Assembly: GCA_963811585.1 (NCBI GenBank)
Contig: CAWERR010000009.1
Location: 150,282-214,281 of the forward strand
Source of the DNA: an uncultured Actinomycetota bacterium
GTDB lineage: Bacteria; Actinomycetota; Actinomycetes; Propionibacteriales; Nocardioidaceae
Reading direction: 5' to 3'
DNA: 64,000 nt
Notes under the pieces: model-generated
The model's input: only the letters and a program-made list of their open reading frames with translations
Database searches by the model: none
What the model was told of the DNA's origin: nothing
Translations under genes and position numbers: made by a program
In this document: piece after piece, positions 25,953 to 36,378 of the stretch
How the letters are laid out: each line of letters starts with the position of its first letter
How positions within the stretch are numbered: position 1 is the stretch's first letter

Positions 25953-27017
25953 GTGACGCGATGGTGGACGGTGATCGGTGCCGTCGTGGCCTTGCTGCTG
26001 ATCGCGGTTGCGGTCGTGGTGTGGCAACAGTCGCAGGGTCCACAGAGTCGCATCGACGCAGCCCTCGCGACCATGCCCGACGACGTACAGATCGCCAGCT
26101 TCACTGACTGGCGTGCGGCGCGCGACAACATCGCTGACGTCTCGTCGGACTCGACGGTGCATGAGCGGGCGGACTTCTTCGATGCCGCGTACGAAAGAGA
26201 CTTCTCGACACTCTCGCTCCTCGCGACCTACGAGGATGCGATGACCCGGACCTACGGCTGGTCGGTCCTCGACCTCGAGTGGGAGATGTACGGACAAGGG
26301 CGCGAAGGCGCGGTTGCCGTGCTGAAGGTGCCTGACGGCTTCGACTACGCGGAGGCAGACGCAACGTTGACCGAGCTCGGATACCCGGAGCCCGGCGACG
26401 ACGGGGTCCGGGCAGGGGGCCCTGACCTCATGGCGGCGATCGAGCCAGGCCTGACACCGCAGCTCGGCTATCTCGTGCTGCTCCCTGACGAGCACCTCAT
26501 CATCGCAAGTGACAATGCGGCGTACGCCGCCTGGACCGCCACTATCGCCGAGGGCGACGCCGACTCGCTGTACGACTCGGACGACGTTACGGCGATGTCT
26601 GACGTGTTGGGGGAGTCCGCCGTTGCGACGGTGGTGTCGATCGGTCCGCGCGCGTGCATCGTCTCGGGCTTCGGCGACGCAGCACCGGCCGAGCGCAAAC
26701 TTGCCCGCCAGCGCATCAGCGACGTGGGCGGCATCAACCCGCTCACGGTCCAAGCTCTGGCGACGGACACGCGTGGGCGCCTTGCGGTTGTGATGGGGTT
26801 CGAGAGCTCCGACCAAGCCGATCAGGATGTGATCGCTCGCCAGGAGCTGGCGACAGGGGAGGCGCCCGATCAAGGAGGCACCTTCGAGGAGCGCTTCACC
26901 GTGACGAAGGCCGAGGTGGCTGACGAGACGGTGCTGCTCCAGCTGACACCGACGTCCGACGACGCCCAGCTGCTCTCCGACTTCAACCGGGGTGGGCTGC
27001 TGTTCGCGTCGTGCTGA
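25953..27017 (+). CDS. membrane-anchored hypothetical protein
   Basis: The N-terminal helix WWTVIGAVVALLLIAVAVVVW is followed by an acidic 320-aa domain with no motif I recognise. Confidence 0.55.
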   Translation: MTRWWTVIGAVVALLLIAVAVVVWQQSQGPQSRIDAALATMPDDVQIASFTDWRAARDNIADVSSDSTVHERADFFDAAYERDFSTLSLLATYEDAMTRTYGWSVLDLEWEMYGQGREGAVAVLKVPDGFDYAEADATLTELGYPEPGDDGVRAGGPDLMAAIEPGLTPQLGYLVLLPDEHLIIASDNAAYAAWTATIAEGDADSLYDSDDVTAMSDVLGESAVATVVSIGPRACIVSGFGDAAPAERKLARQRISDVGGINPLTVQALATDTRGRLAVVMGFESSDQADQDVIARQELATGEAPDQGGTFEERFTVTKAEVADETVLLQLTPTSDDAQLLSDFNRGGLLFASC

Positions 27018-27019
27018 TC

Positions 27020-29281
27020 TCACCGGTGTACGGCGCTTGCTGCATCCCGTCGCCGACGGTGCATCGCGATCAGCACGGACTGGAGGTCGGCAAGGGGCTG
27101 ACCGTCGGCGTCTCTCGCATGCCGCTCCCACTCGCCGTCCGGTTGCAGACACCAGGACGCCGTCTCGTCGTCGAAGGCTTGGTCGAGGAGCTGGCCGAGC
27201 TCGTCGACGTGAGCACGCGTCGGCACCTCGACAAGCACCTCGACGCGGCGGTCGAGGTTGCGGTGCATCAGGTCGGCAGACCCGATCCAGGCCTGGGGCT
27301 CGCCGCCGTTCTCGAACCAGAAGATGCGGCTGTGCTCCAGGAACCGGCCCAGGATGCTGCGAACGGTGATCTTGTCGGAGAGGCCGGGGACGCCGGGACG
27401 CAGCGCGCAGATACCGCGAACCCACAGTTCGACCGGGACCCCGGCACGCGATGCACGGTAGAGCGCGTCGATCGTGGCCTCGTCGACGAGCGCGTTGATC
27501 TTGATCCGGATCCGGGCTGGGCGGCCGGCACGGCCGTGCTCGATCTCGCGCTCGATCCGATCGATGAGCCCATTGCGGACGGACTCGGGAGCGACGAGCA
27601 GGTGTGGGTAGTCGCGTTGCCTGGCGAACCCGGACAGGTTGTTGAACAGGTTGCTGATGTCGCCAGTGATGCCGTCGTCGGCGGTCAGCAGCCCGATGTC
27701 TTCGTAGAAGCGCGCGGTCTTCGGGTTGTAGTTACCGGTGCCGATGTGGGCATAGCGCCGGATACCGACGCTCTCGTCGCGGACGACGAGTGCGAGCTTG
27801 CAGTGGGTCTTCAGGCCGACCAGACCGTAGACGACGTGGCAACCGGCCTGCTCGAGCTTGCGCGCCCAACGGATGTTGGCGCGCTCGTCGAACCGCGCCT
27901 TGATCTCGACGATCACGAGCACCTGTTTGCCCGCCTCGGCCGCGTCGATGAGGGCCTCGATGATCGGCGAGTCTCCGGATGTGCGGTACAGCGTCTGCTT
28001 GATGGCGAGCACGTGCGGGTCGGCAGCCGCCTGCTCGAGGAAGCGCTGCACGCTGGTGGCAAACGAGTCGTAGGGGTGATGCAGCAGTACGTCGCGACCC
28101 GAGATGGCGGCGAACATGTCGGCGGGGCTCGACGACTCGACCTCGGCCAGGTGGCTATGGGTGTGTGGCACGAACGCCGGGTACTTGAGCTCCGGACGGT
28201 CGAGATCGACGATGCCGTGCAGTCCGGTCAGGTCGAGTGGCCCGGGAAGATGGAACACCTCGCTCTGCGACACGTCGAGCTCCGACACCAGGAGATCGAG
28301 GACGTGATCGTCGATCGACTCTTCCACCTCCAGCCGTACCGGCGAGCCGAACCGGCGACGCTGCAGCTCCCGCTCGAGCGCCTTCAAGAGGTTCTCGGCG
28401 TCGTCTTCCTCCACCTCGAGGTCCTCGTTGCGGGTGACCCGGAACGTGTGGTGCTGCAGGACCTCCATCCCCGGGAACAGCTGGTCGAGGTGGGCGGCGA
28501 TGACGTCCTCGAGCGGAACGAACCGCTGCTCTCCGAGCGTCACGAACCGCGGGAAGATCGGCGGCACCTTGACGCGAGCGAAGTGCTCCTTCCCGGTCTC
28601 GGGGTTGCGGATCGTCACGGCGAGGTTGAGCGACAGACCGGAGATGTAGGGGAAGGGGTGGGCAGGGTCGACCGCCAACGGCGTGAGCACCGGGTAGATC
28701 CGGTCGGTGAACAGCTCCTGCATCCGCTTCTGCTCGTCGGTGTCGAGGTCGCCCCACCGCAACAGCGCAATCCCCGCCTCCGAAAGTGCCGGCAGCACGT
28801 CTTCGCGGAACAGCTGGCCGTGGCGGCTCATCAGCTCGCGCGCTTCGGACCAGATCGCCGCCAGCACGTCGCGAGGCATCCGGCCACTAGCGGTGGGGAC
28901 CGCGACTCCGGCCTCGAGACGCCGCTTCAGGCCGGCTACCCGGACCATGAAGTTCTCGTCCATGTTGCTGGCGAAGATCGCCAAGAACCGGGTGCGCTCC
29001 AGAAGCGGCAGGTCTGGGTCCTCGACGAGGGCGAGCACGCGGCTGTTGAACTTCAGCCAGGACAGCTCGCGGTCGAGGAAGCGATCCTTCGGCAGGTCGT
29101 CGTCTGCTGGTTCGTAGGGCGGCTCGACGTCGAACGAGTCGGCAGGTGTCGCCCGTGGCATCGCGTCGGTCGGACCCTCCTCTGGTGCTCCCGCCGTCTT
29201 TGCGGGCAACCTCACCGGCAGCGAGCCGGGCGAAGACTCGGCGCTGGGGTCGTTGGGAACCGTTGCGGACGACGTGGACAT
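27020..29281 (-). CDS. ppk1: polyphosphate kinase 1
   Basis: 753 aa. [16 protein letters not shown], two PLD-like domains, [31 protein letters not shown]. Confidence 0.95.
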   Translation of the reverse strand: MSTSSATVPNDPSAESSPGSLPVRLPAKTAGAPEEGPTDAMPRATPADSFDVEPPYEPADDDLPKDRFLDRELSWLKFNSRVLALVEDPDLPLLERTRFLAIFASNMDENFMVRVAGLKRRLEAGVAVPTASGRMPRDVLAAIWSEARELMSRHGQLFREDVLPALSEAGIALLRWGDLDTDEQKRMQELFTDRIYPVLTPLAVDPAHPFPYISGLSLNLAVTIRNPETGKEHFARVKVPPIFPRFVTLGEQRFVPLEDVIAAHLDQLFPGMEVLQHHTFRVTRNEDLEVEEDDAENLLKALERELQRRRFGSPVRLEVEESIDDHVLDLLVSELDVSQSEVFHLPGPLDLTGLHGIVDLDRPELKYPAFVPHTHSHLAEVESSSPADMFAAISGRDVLLHHPYDSFATSVQRFLEQAAADPHVLAIKQTLYRTSGDSPIIEALIDAAEAGKQVLVIVEIKARFDERANIRWARKLEQAGCHVVYGLVGLKTHCKLALVVRDESVGIRRYAHIGTGNYNPKTARFYEDIGLLTADDGITGDISNLFNNLSGFARQRDYPHLLVAPESVRNGLIDRIEREIEHGRAGRPARIRIKINALVDEATIDALYRASRAGVPVELWVRGICALRPGVPGLSDKITVRSILGRFLEHSRIFWFENGGEPQAWIGSADLMHRNLDRRVEVLVEVPTRAHVDELGQLLDQAFDDETASWCLQPDGEWERHARDADGQPLADLQSVLIAMHRRRRDAASAVHR

Positions 29282-29389
29282 ACGTGAATCCTCTCACCAC
29301 TGGGTGAACGCAGGGTTACGTCGCCAGGGTTCGGTCACAACGTCCGTAGCTCCGAGCGCTATCGCGACCCGTCGTACGGACGCAAGGGA

Positions 29390-30307
29390 TCAGCGGCGCT
29401 CGTACATCACGTCGACCGCGCTGGTCGTAAAGCCCAGCTTCTCGTACACCGCCACGGCAGGTGTGTTGTCTGCTTCGACGTACAGCACCACCGTGTCGAG
29501 GCCGCGGTCACGCAGGTAGCGGAGACCGGTCAGCGTCAATGCCTTGCCGAGCCCGAGGCCCTGCGCCTCGGGGGCGACCCCGACGACGTACACCTCACCG
29601 ACGTGGGGGACGCCGTCGTCGACGCGATGCTCCTTGGTCCAGTGGAAGCCGAGAAGCTCGCCCCCGCGCTCGGCCAGGAAGAAGCCCTCGGGGTCGAACC
29701 ACGGTTGCCGCATCCGGCGGTCGAGGTCGCCGCGCTCGGTGCCGCCCTGCTCGGGGTGGTCGGCGAACGCGCGGGCATTGACGTCGAGCCAGGCATCCTC
29801 GTCACGACCGGCTTCGAACGTGCGGACGGTCACGTCGGGCGGATAGCGTGGCTCGTCGAGCGGGTCACTCAGCGAACGACGCATCTGCCAGAGGTCCCGA
29901 ACGCGCGTGAACTCAAGACGTCCGGACAGGAAGCGAGCGGCGGCCTCGTCGCCATGGGCCCACACGCGCAGACCCCGATCGCCTGACTCGACCACCAGCC
30001 GCTTGATCAGGGCGGTCCCAACCCCATGCCTGCGGTGGTCCGGTGCCACCACGGCATGCGCGCTGCTGGGTCCCTCTTCGGTATGACGCACGTGCGCGTA
30101 GCCGACGAGCGTGCCGTCCTGCGCCGTGGCGAGCAAATGGCGGCTTGCCCTGTCTGGAAACTGCAGGTCGAGGCGTACCTGGTCGTCGAGGGGTCCGACG
30201 CCGTCGACCTCGAGAGCGGCCGCCTCGATGGCCTGCACTGCCTGGCGGGTCGGCTCGTCGACCTCATCGACGACGGTGATCGAGATGGCGCCTTCGTCAG
30301 CGCTCAC
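29390..30307 (-). CDS. mshD: mycothiol synthase (tandem GNAT domains)
   Basis: 305 aa, two GNAT repeats, [22 protein letters not shown]. The GTG start overlaps the glnR stop (GTGA). Confidence 0.8.
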   Translation of the reverse strand: MSADEGAISITVVDEVDEPTRQAVQAIEAAALEVDGVGPLDDQVRLDLQFPDRASRHLLATAQDGTLVGYAHVRHTEEGPSSAHAVVAPDHRRHGVGTALIKRLVVESGDRGLRVWAHGDEAAARFLSGRLEFTRVRDLWQMRRSLSDPLDEPRYPPDVTVRTFEAGRDEDAWLDVNARAFADHPEQGGTERGDLDRRMRQPWFDPEGFFLAERGGELLGFHWTKEHRVDDGVPHVGEVYVVGVAPEAQGLGLGKALTLTGLRYLRDRGLDTVVLYVEADNTPAVAVYEKLGFTTSAVDVMYERR

Positions 30308-31038
30308 GGATGCGTGGCCTGCTTGGCCTGCGCACCCTCAGGATCGGCGCCACGCGAGCGAGTCGGCAGCACGAACCGGTAGCCGACGTTGCGCACGGTG
30401 CCGATCAGCGCCTCGTGCTCAGGCCCGAGCTTTGCGCGCAGTCGTCGTACATGCACGTCGACGGTGCGGGTGCCGCCGAAGTAGTCGTACCCCCACACCT
30501 CGTGCAGCAGTTGCTGGCGGTTGAACACCCGCCCCGGGTGCTGTGCGAGGTGCTTGAGGAGCTCGAACTCCTTGAACGTCAGGTCGAGTGGGCGGCCACC
30601 GAGATGCGCGGTGTATGACGACTCGTCGATCTCCACGTCGCCGCTCTTGATGATCGTCGGCTCGTGGTCGCCGTCGGCACCCGCCAGCGCCAGCCGTCCC
30701 ATGCCGAGCCGCAGCCGGGCCTCCACCTCTGCCGGCCCAGCAGTCGACAGCAGTACGTCGTCGATGCCCCAGTCGGCCGCGACGACGGCGAGGCCGCCCT
30801 CGGTGACCACCACGATCACAGGTACGGCGACACCGGTGGTGCGGACGAGACGGCACAGGCTCCGGACCGCAGCGAGGTCGTGCCGACCATCGACCAGCAC
30901 GACGTCGCAGTCAGGCGCCTCGACCAGCACCGTCGGCTCGGCCGGGAGGATGCGGACCTGGTGGGGCAGCAGCGCGAGAGCGGGGATGATCTCCGCAGAT
31001 GGTTGGAGCGCGTTCGTGAGCAACAGCAACGTGCTCAT
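30304..31038 (-). CDS. glnR: GlnR, orphan OmpR-family global nitrogen response regulator
   Basis: [21 protein letters not shown]...[21 protein letters not shown]...[18 protein letters not shown]...[35 protein letters not shown]. This closely follows the remembered Streptomyces GlnR sequence. Confidence 0.85.
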   Translation of the reverse strand: MSTLLLLTNALQPSAEIIPALALLPHQVRILPAEPTVLVEAPDCDVVLVDGRHDLAAVRSLCRLVRTTGVAVPVIVVVTEGGLAVVAADWGIDDVLLSTAGPAEVEARLRLGMGRLALAGADGDHEPTIIKSGDVEIDESSYTAHLGGRPLDLTFKEFELLKHLAQHPGRVFNRQQLLHEVWGYDYFGGTRTVDVHVRRLRAKLGPEHEALIGTVRNVGYRFVLPTRSRGADPEGAQAKQATHP

Positions 31039-31113
31039 CGGTTGCCACCTCCAAAACGTGCGAGGCCCACGGCGGTTCGCCGGGGCCCCATCGCGGTTGC
31101 GACAATACCGGAC

Positions 31114-31419
31114 ATGGCGAGTGCATCGACCCCAGCGACGAGCGCTGAGACCACCACGCACGCCGCGGTGACGGTCCGCTACTGGGCGGCCGCACGCGCA
31201 GCGGCTGGCGTCTCGGAGGAGATCCTGCGTGGCTCCACGGTCGCCGACGTACTTGCGGCTGCACGTGAGCGGCACGCGGATGAGCCGCGTTTTTCGTCGG
31301 TGCTCAGCGTCTGCTCGCTCCTGCTCGGCGACCGTCCGCTGGGCTCGTCACAGCTGTCGGAAGTGGCGGTGACCCAGGGCGACACCCTGGAGGTGCTGCC
31401 ACCCTTCGCCGGTGGCTGA
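31114..31419 (+). CDS. MoaD/ThiS-family ubiquitin-like sulfur carrier (C-terminal GG)
   Basis: 101 aa ending ...[18 protein letters not shown] followed by the stop. Confidence 0.7.
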   Translation: MASASTPATSAETTTHAAVTVRYWAAARAAAGVSEEILRGSTVADVLAAARERHADEPRFSSVLSVCSLLLGDRPLGSSQLSEVAVTQGDTLEVLPPFAGG

Positions 31420-31437
31420 TCCGCCGGAATTCTCAGC

Positions 31438-31824
31438 TCAGTCTTCACCGCTGCCGTAGGGCCGGGTGATGATCTCGAGGAAGTGCCCGTTGGGGTCCTC
31501 CCAGTAGACGCCGCGTCCGCCGTCGTTGGTGTTGAACTCGCCCGGGCGTTTTTTGAAGGGGTCGGCCCAGAACGGCAGCTGGCGCTCCTTGATCCGGCCG
31601 AAGATGGCGTCGAACTCGTCTTCGCCGACGAGGAACGCGTAGTGCTGAGGCGTGAACGGTTCGGAGTCGTCCATGAAGTCGAGCGAGACCTCGTTGCTGA
31701 GCTCGACGACGAGGAAAGGCCCGTAGGGCGTCGGGCCCGCCACCCCGAGGATCTCGGACATGAACTGCGCAGACGCCTGTTTGTCCTGGACGTGGATGAT
31801 GTGGTGGTTGAGCTGGATGGTCAT
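31438..31824 (-). CDS. VOC (glyoxalase/bleomycin resistance/dioxygenase) family protein
   Basis: MTIQLNHHIIHVQDKQASAQFMSEILG...HYAFLV...GVYWEDPNGHFLEI. Confidence 0.7.
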   Translation of the reverse strand: MTIQLNHHIIHVQDKQASAQFMSEILGVAGPTPYGPFLVVELSNEVSLDFMDDSEPFTPQHYAFLVGEDEFDAIFGRIKERQLPFWADPFKKRPGEFNTNDGGRGVYWEDPNGHFLEIITRPYGSGED

Positions 31825-32139
31825 GCCGCACTCCTTCGGGGAGAGAGTTGTACGCAGAATAGTTGAGCCACCGGATCCTGCAGATCCGGCGGCTCGTTCC
31901 CTAGCTGAGACGGCCATCTCACCATCTGACCAGTTCCGAAATAGCCGTCCCGAGACGCGCGTAGCCTGGCTGCATGCAGTCGACGTACCTGACGAAGCGT
32001 CGCGCGGTTGACCATTGCCGCTGCGCTGCGGCGCTGTGTCGAATGCCCTGACAGGGCACCCCTCGACTCCTGTGAAAACCGTCCACCGCTTCTTCCCCGG
32101 CCGCATCCGCGGCAGGGCCACGACCACGGAGGTAGCTGC

Positions 32140-32991
32140 ATGAGCCGCGACGCTGTACTCGTCGACGCTGACTGGGTCGAGAGCCATCTCGACGACGACA
32201 AGATCGTGCTGGTTGAGGTCGACGAGGACACTTCAGCCTACGAAAAGGGACACATCAGGGGCGCCATCAAGATCGACTGGAAGCAAGACCTCCAGGATCC
32301 GGTCCGGCGCGACTTCGTCAACAAGGAGCAGTTCGAGGAGTTGCTGTCGAGCCGCGGAATCGCCAACGACGACACCATCGTGCTGTACGGCGGCAACAAC
32401 AACTGGTTCGCCGCCTACGCCTACTGGTACCTCAAGCTCTATGGCCACGAGAAGGCGCTCCTCCTCGACGGCGGTCGCAAGAAGTGGGAGCTGGACTCGC
32501 GCGAGCTCACCGCCGACACCGCCTCTAGGCAGCCGACGTCATACGCGGCCAAGGAGCCTGACCTTGACATCCGCGCATTCCGTGACGAAGTGGTCGCGGC
32601 CATTGGTGCCAAGAACCTCGTCGACGTGCGCTCACCCGACGAGTACGCCGGAAGGCTGTTGGCGCCTGCGCACCTGCCGCAGGAGTCGGCGCAGCGCGGC
32701 GGCCACATCCCGACAGCCGCCAACATCCCGTGGAGCAAGGCTGCCAACGACGACGGCACGTTCCGCTCCGACGAGGAGCTGAAAACCCTCTACCAGCAGG
32801 CCGGCGTCGCGTTCGGGTCGAAGGACACCATCGCGTACTGCCGGATCGGCGAGCGCAGCGCACACACCTGGTTCGTGCTGCACGAGATCCTCGACGAGAA
32901 GAACGTGAAGAACTACGACGGCTCGTGGACGGAGTACGGCTCGCTCGTTGGTGTACCGGTCGCCATTGGCGAAGAGCCCGGGGAGGCCTGA
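32140..32991 (+). CDS. thiosulfate/3-mercaptopyruvate sulfurtransferase (tandem rhodanese; SseA/CysA type)
   Basis: ATG at 32140. GHIRGAIKIDW and active-site loop AYCRIGERSAHTW. Confidence 0.85.
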   Translation: MSRDAVLVDADWVESHLDDDKIVLVEVDEDTSAYEKGHIRGAIKIDWKQDLQDPVRRDFVNKEQFEELLSSRGIANDDTIVLYGGNNNWFAAYAYWYLKLYGHEKALLLDGGRKKWELDSRELTADTASRQPTSYAAKEPDLDIRAFRDEVVAAIGAKNLVDVRSPDEYAGRLLAPAHLPQESAQRGGHIPTAANIPWSKAANDDGTFRSDEELKTLYQQAGVAFGSKDTIAYCRIGERSAHTWFVLHEILDEKNVKNYDGSWTEYGSLVGVPVAIGEEPGEA

Positions 32992-33288
32992 GTGTGCGGA
33001 GCCAAGGCGGGCGGTCCGAGCCTCGACGGCGTTGACGTTGCGGCGGAGTCGATCATCCAGGGCATCGTCGTGCGTGGCGAAGAGCCGGTCGGCAACGCGT
33101 ACGTACGCCTGCTCGACGGTACGGGTGAGTTCGCGGCGGAGGTCCCGACAAGTGCCACGGGTCAGTTCCGCTTCTTCGCTGCGCCTGGCGACTGGACCCT
33201 GCGGACGCTTGCCCCGGGGGTGGCGTCGGTGGACCAGCAGGTGACCGCGTCCCGCGGCGACGTCGCGGAGGTGCGGATCACCGTCTGA
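32992..33288 (+). CDS. DUF1416 protein (SseC-like), coupled to the rhodanese gene
   Basis: The GTG start immediately follows the rhodanese stop. IQGIVVRGEEPVGNAYVRLLDGTGEFAAEVPTSATGQFRFFAAPGDWTLR. Confidence 0.75.
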   Translation: MCGAKAGGPSLDGVDVAAESIIQGIVVRGEEPVGNAYVRLLDGTGEFAAEVPTSATGQFRFFAAPGDWTLRTLAPGVASVDQQVTASRGDVAEVRITV

Positions 33289-33416
33289 ATCGTCGGTGGC
33301 TCCGGCGCTGCCGTCGGTGGCGTGTCGCTCGATCCGAGCGAGCGGCACCTACACTGCTCTGGACCTGCCACGGGCTGACGCCGTCGTGGCTTTTAACCAG
33401 ACGAGCGAGGACGACG

Positions 33417-33797
33417 GTGGCCGTTGAGCGCGACGAGCGCCCGTGGGGGTTCTACGAGGTCGTCGACAGCGGGGCCGGGTTCCGAGTGAAGCGGATCTGC
33501 GTGAAGCCAGGGCAACGGCTGAGCTACCAGCGACATCGGATGCGCAGTGAGAACTGGTTCTTCGTCGGCGGCTTTGGCACGGTGACGCTCGATGACGCGG
33601 TGACCCCCGTATCGGTCGGAGCGACGTTCCAGGTCCCGCTCGGTGCGGCGCACCGGGTGGAGAACACCGGCCACGACGATCTGGTGTTCATCGAGGTGCA
33701 GACCGGAAGCTACTTGGGGGAGGACGACATCGAGCGGATCGAGGACGACTACGGCCGCCATGGCGAGGCAGAGGCCCGCGCACGGTTCGAACCCTGA
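33417..33797 (+). CDS. cupin-domain protein (type II phosphomannose isomerase C-terminal cupin-like)
   Basis: ERPWGFYEVV...KRICVKPGQRLSYQRHRMRSENWFFVGG...HRVENTG. Confidence 0.7.
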   Translation: MAVERDERPWGFYEVVDSGAGFRVKRICVKPGQRLSYQRHRMRSENWFFVGGFGTVTLDDAVTPVSVGATFQVPLGAAHRVENTGHDDLVFIEVQTGSYLGEDDIERIEDDYGRHGEAEARARFEP

Positions 33798-33813
33798 CTC
33801 GGCGTCGGCCTGC

Positions 33814-34968
33814 TCAGTTGACCTGCGTGTCTTCGGCCAGGGCCTCGTCGGGATGGCGCTCGATGTAGCCGGCGATCTTGCCGCGCTCGATCGACCTGAA
33901 CAAGGAGCGGGTTTGTCCTGGGTCGAGGCGGACGATGCTCTGCCCGCTGACCTCGTCAAAGGACCCGAAGGGCGCCGTGACGAACTGGACGTGCTCCGCA
34001 TCCAGGTCACGCATGGCCAATGCCAGGCCACGGATTTCGTCGTTGTCCCACGTCTCGTCGACGGTGAGGTATCGCGTCAACGTGTTCAGCACTTTCCCGA
34101 AGCGGATCGGGTTGCGGGTGGTCGAGCTCGACAACAGTTTGCCCATCAGCGCGCGTAAGAAGTTTTGCTGCCGCGCCATCCGGCCGAAGTCGCTCTCCTT
34201 GTCACCCGGTATGTCGTAGCGGGTTCGGACGTATTGCAACGCCCGCTCACCCTCGATGGTCTCCCACCCCTTCGTCCAGGTGACGTTCTGACTCGTGTCG
34301 GTGAAGGTCTCCGGGATGTAGACGGCGACACCTCCGACGGCGCTGGTGAGGTCGCGGAACCCGGCCCAGTCGATGATCGCGACATGGTCGATGGTGAGGC
34401 CGGTCAGGTTCTCCACGGTCTTGACCGCCAGCGCCGGCCCGCCGTACGAGAAGGCGGCGTTGATCTTGCCGTGCCCGTTGTCGTAGGGGTAGTCCTCGAT
34501 CTCGACCCAGCTGTCGCGGGGGATCGACACCAGCTGGGCAGACTCTCGGCCAGCGGGAATATGGACCACCATGATGGTGTCGCTGAGGTGTTCCCAGGGG
34601 GTCCACTTGCCGTCGGCCATGTCCTCGGCGACGGACAGCCCGACATTGCCGTGGTCGGCGCCAAGAAGCAAGATGTTCAAGGCGTATTCCGACTCGTTGT
34701 GGTCCTTTTCCGGTTGCGGCGTGATACCAGCGTCGATCCGGGGGATCTTGCCGATCTGGTCGTTGGCCCACCACAGATAGCCGCCAGCAGTGGTGACGAG
34801 GAGGATCAGGACCAACCCCACGGCGGTCCACACCTTGTGGCGCGTGAAGATGGACCAGCCGCTCGCGGGCTTGGGCGCGGGCGCAGCGGCGGCATCGGGC
34901 TGATCGGCGGAAGGCCCGGTGGATGCGGCATCGGGCTCAGCCGGAGTGTCGTGTGGTTCGTCCCCCAC
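33814..34968 (-). CDS. LCP (LytR-CpsA-Psr) family cell-wall glycopolymer ligase
   Basis: TM anchor, then NILLLGADHG...DTIMVVHIP...SIPRDSWV...KINAAFSYGG, plus a LytR_C-like tail. Confidence 0.85.
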   Translation of the reverse strand: MGDEPHDTPAEPDAASTGPSADQPDAAAAPAPKPASGWSIFTRHKVWTAVGLVLILLVTTAGGYLWWANDQIGKIPRIDAGITPQPEKDHNESEYALNILLLGADHGNVGLSVAEDMADGKWTPWEHLSDTIMVVHIPAGRESAQLVSIPRDSWVEIEDYPYDNGHGKINAAFSYGGPALAVKTVENLTGLTIDHVAIIDWAGFRDLTSAVGGVAVYIPETFTDTSQNVTWTKGWETIEGERALQYVRTRYDIPGDKESDFGRMARQQNFLRALMGKLLSSSTTRNPIRFGKVLNTLTRYLTVDETWDNDEIRGLALAMRDLDAEHVQFVTAPFGSFDEVSGQSIVRLDPGQTRSLFRSIERGKIAGYIERHPDEALAEDTQVN

Positions 34969-35043
34969 GAGTTCCCCTCCCGGCCAGGCGGTGATGACGA
35001 CGCGAGCGTACCCGACGAAATCGGCGTTGCAGGTCGGGTTCGG

Positions 35044-36204
35044 CTAGTCGACGCTGGTCGGGCTCCCCAAGCCCTGATCGGGATACTGCTTGAGATATCC
35101 CTCGATGTCGTCGTCCTTGATGGCCGTCCACAAGTCGAGGGACTGCTTCGGCTCGAGCCGGACGATGCTCTGCCCGTCAGAGGTTGTGTCATAGCTCCCG
35201 AACGGCGCTGTCAGGAAGTCCACGTCCTCGGTCCTGATGTCGCGCAGCGACAGCGCCAACGAGCGGATCTCGTCGGTGTCCCACGTCTCGTCGACCGTGA
35301 GGTAGTTGGTGACGGTGCCGACAACCTTGGACAGCCGGAACGGGTTCTTGGTAGTCGACCCCGAAAGCAGCTTGCCCATCGTGGATCGCAGGAAGTTCTG
35401 CTGCCGCTTGATGCGGTCGAAGTCGCCGTTGGCGAGACCGTGGCGCGTACGCACGTACTGAAGAGCCTGCTCACCCTCGAACGTGTGCCAGCCCTTCTCC
35501 CAGGTGATCCGTTGCGAGTCGTCGTAGAACGTCTCCGGGATGTAGACCTTGATGCCACCGAGTGCACTCGTCAGGTCGCGGAAGCCGACCCAGTCGATGA
35601 TCGCGATGTGGTCGATCTGAATGTCGGTCAGCTGTTCGACTGTCCTGAGCGACAGCTCAGGTCCTCCGTACGAGAAGGCGGCGTTGATCTTTGCGTGCCC
35701 GTTGCCAGCCGGGTAGCCGTCGATCTTCACATAGGCATCTCGGGGGATCGAGACCAGCTGCACGGACTCACGGTCAGCGGGGATGTGGGCGATGATGATC
35801 GTGTCGCTGAGGTGCTGGTACGGCGTCCACTTGCCGTCCTCGAGGTCTTCGGCGACGGACTGCCCGATATTGCCGTGGTCGGCGCCGATCAGCAGGATGT
35901 TGAGTGGCTGGTTGTCTTCGTTGTGGTTCTTCTCGGGGTTCTCGGTCACCCCCATGTCGGCACGTTGGATCGTGCCGAGCTGGTGGTTGAGCCACCACAC
36001 GAAGCCACCCGTCGTACCGCCGAGCACGGCCAGCACCACGGCAATCGAGACGATGACAACGTGGCGGCGCATGAAGCCTCGAGGCTTGACTGCCTTGCGC
36101 CTGCCGCCGGCCGGAGAGGTGTCGCCGTTTGCCACGCCAGGACCGGTGTCGACGGCTGGATCGGTCGTCGATCCCTCATCGGACGGTGGGCGTGGTTCGC
36201 TCAT
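35044..36204 (-). CDS. LCP (LytR-CpsA-Psr) family protein, tandem paralog
   Basis: ATG at 36204 (MSEPRPPS). Motif order matches the neighbour (NILLIGADHG...DTIIIAHIP...SIPRDAYV...KINAAFSYGG). Confidence 0.85.
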   Translation of the reverse strand: MSEPRPPSDEGSTTDPAVDTGPGVANGDTSPAGGRRKAVKPRGFMRRHVVIVSIAVVLAVLGGTTGGFVWWLNHQLGTIQRADMGVTENPEKNHNEDNQPLNILLIGADHGNIGQSVAEDLEDGKWTPYQHLSDTIIIAHIPADRESVQLVSIPRDAYVKIDGYPAGNGHAKINAAFSYGGPELSLRTVEQLTDIQIDHIAIIDWVGFRDLTSALGGIKVYIPETFYDDSQRITWEKGWHTFEGEQALQYVRTRHGLANGDFDRIKRQQNFLRSTMGKLLSGSTTKNPFRLSKVVGTVTNYLTVDETWDTDEIRSLALSLRDIRTEDVDFLTAPFGSYDTTSDGQSIVRLEPKQSLDLWTAIKDDDIEGYLKQYPDQGLGSPTSVD

Positions 36205-36378
36205 AACTCTCTCTGTCTTCGAGGCGCGCTGCCCGCGGCAGGCGGGGCGCTGGCACGCGGGGTTCGCGGCAGACTCTCCGGTCCAGTTTGCCAAGGATCG
36301 GCACAACCGGGAAATCGGGCCAGAGACTCCTGAGGATGTTCAGGACATTTTCAGGTTCGATGTAGCGGGTCTGGCACG

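Noticed and set aside
27227-27244. ctcgacaagcacctcgac inside ppk1 as another copy of the dispersed repeat
   Set aside because: It matches only the internal CTCGAC-AAG core. It lacks the GGGT and CCGCC flanks, has a 3-nt insertion, and encodes a conserved part of PPK1 (VEVLVEV). It is probably coincidental codon usage.
25875-27425. 516-aa minus-strand ORF
   Set aside because: It overlaps the membrane-anchored hypothetical gene in antisense and runs in an alternative frame of the ppk1 3' end. Its extremely Arg/Pro-rich translation points to a shadow ORF.
27011-29287. 758-aa plus-strand ORF
   Set aside because: It is exactly antisense to ppk1, whose translation carries unmistakable PPK1 motifs. 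The plus-strand translation is low-complexity V/G/D/R-rich with no motifs.
34165-36333. 722-aa plus-strand ORF spanning both LCP genes
   Set aside because: It is an antisense shadow of two clearly coding LCP genes. It would have to read through their intergenic gap, and its composition is typical of an out-of-frame high-GC reading.
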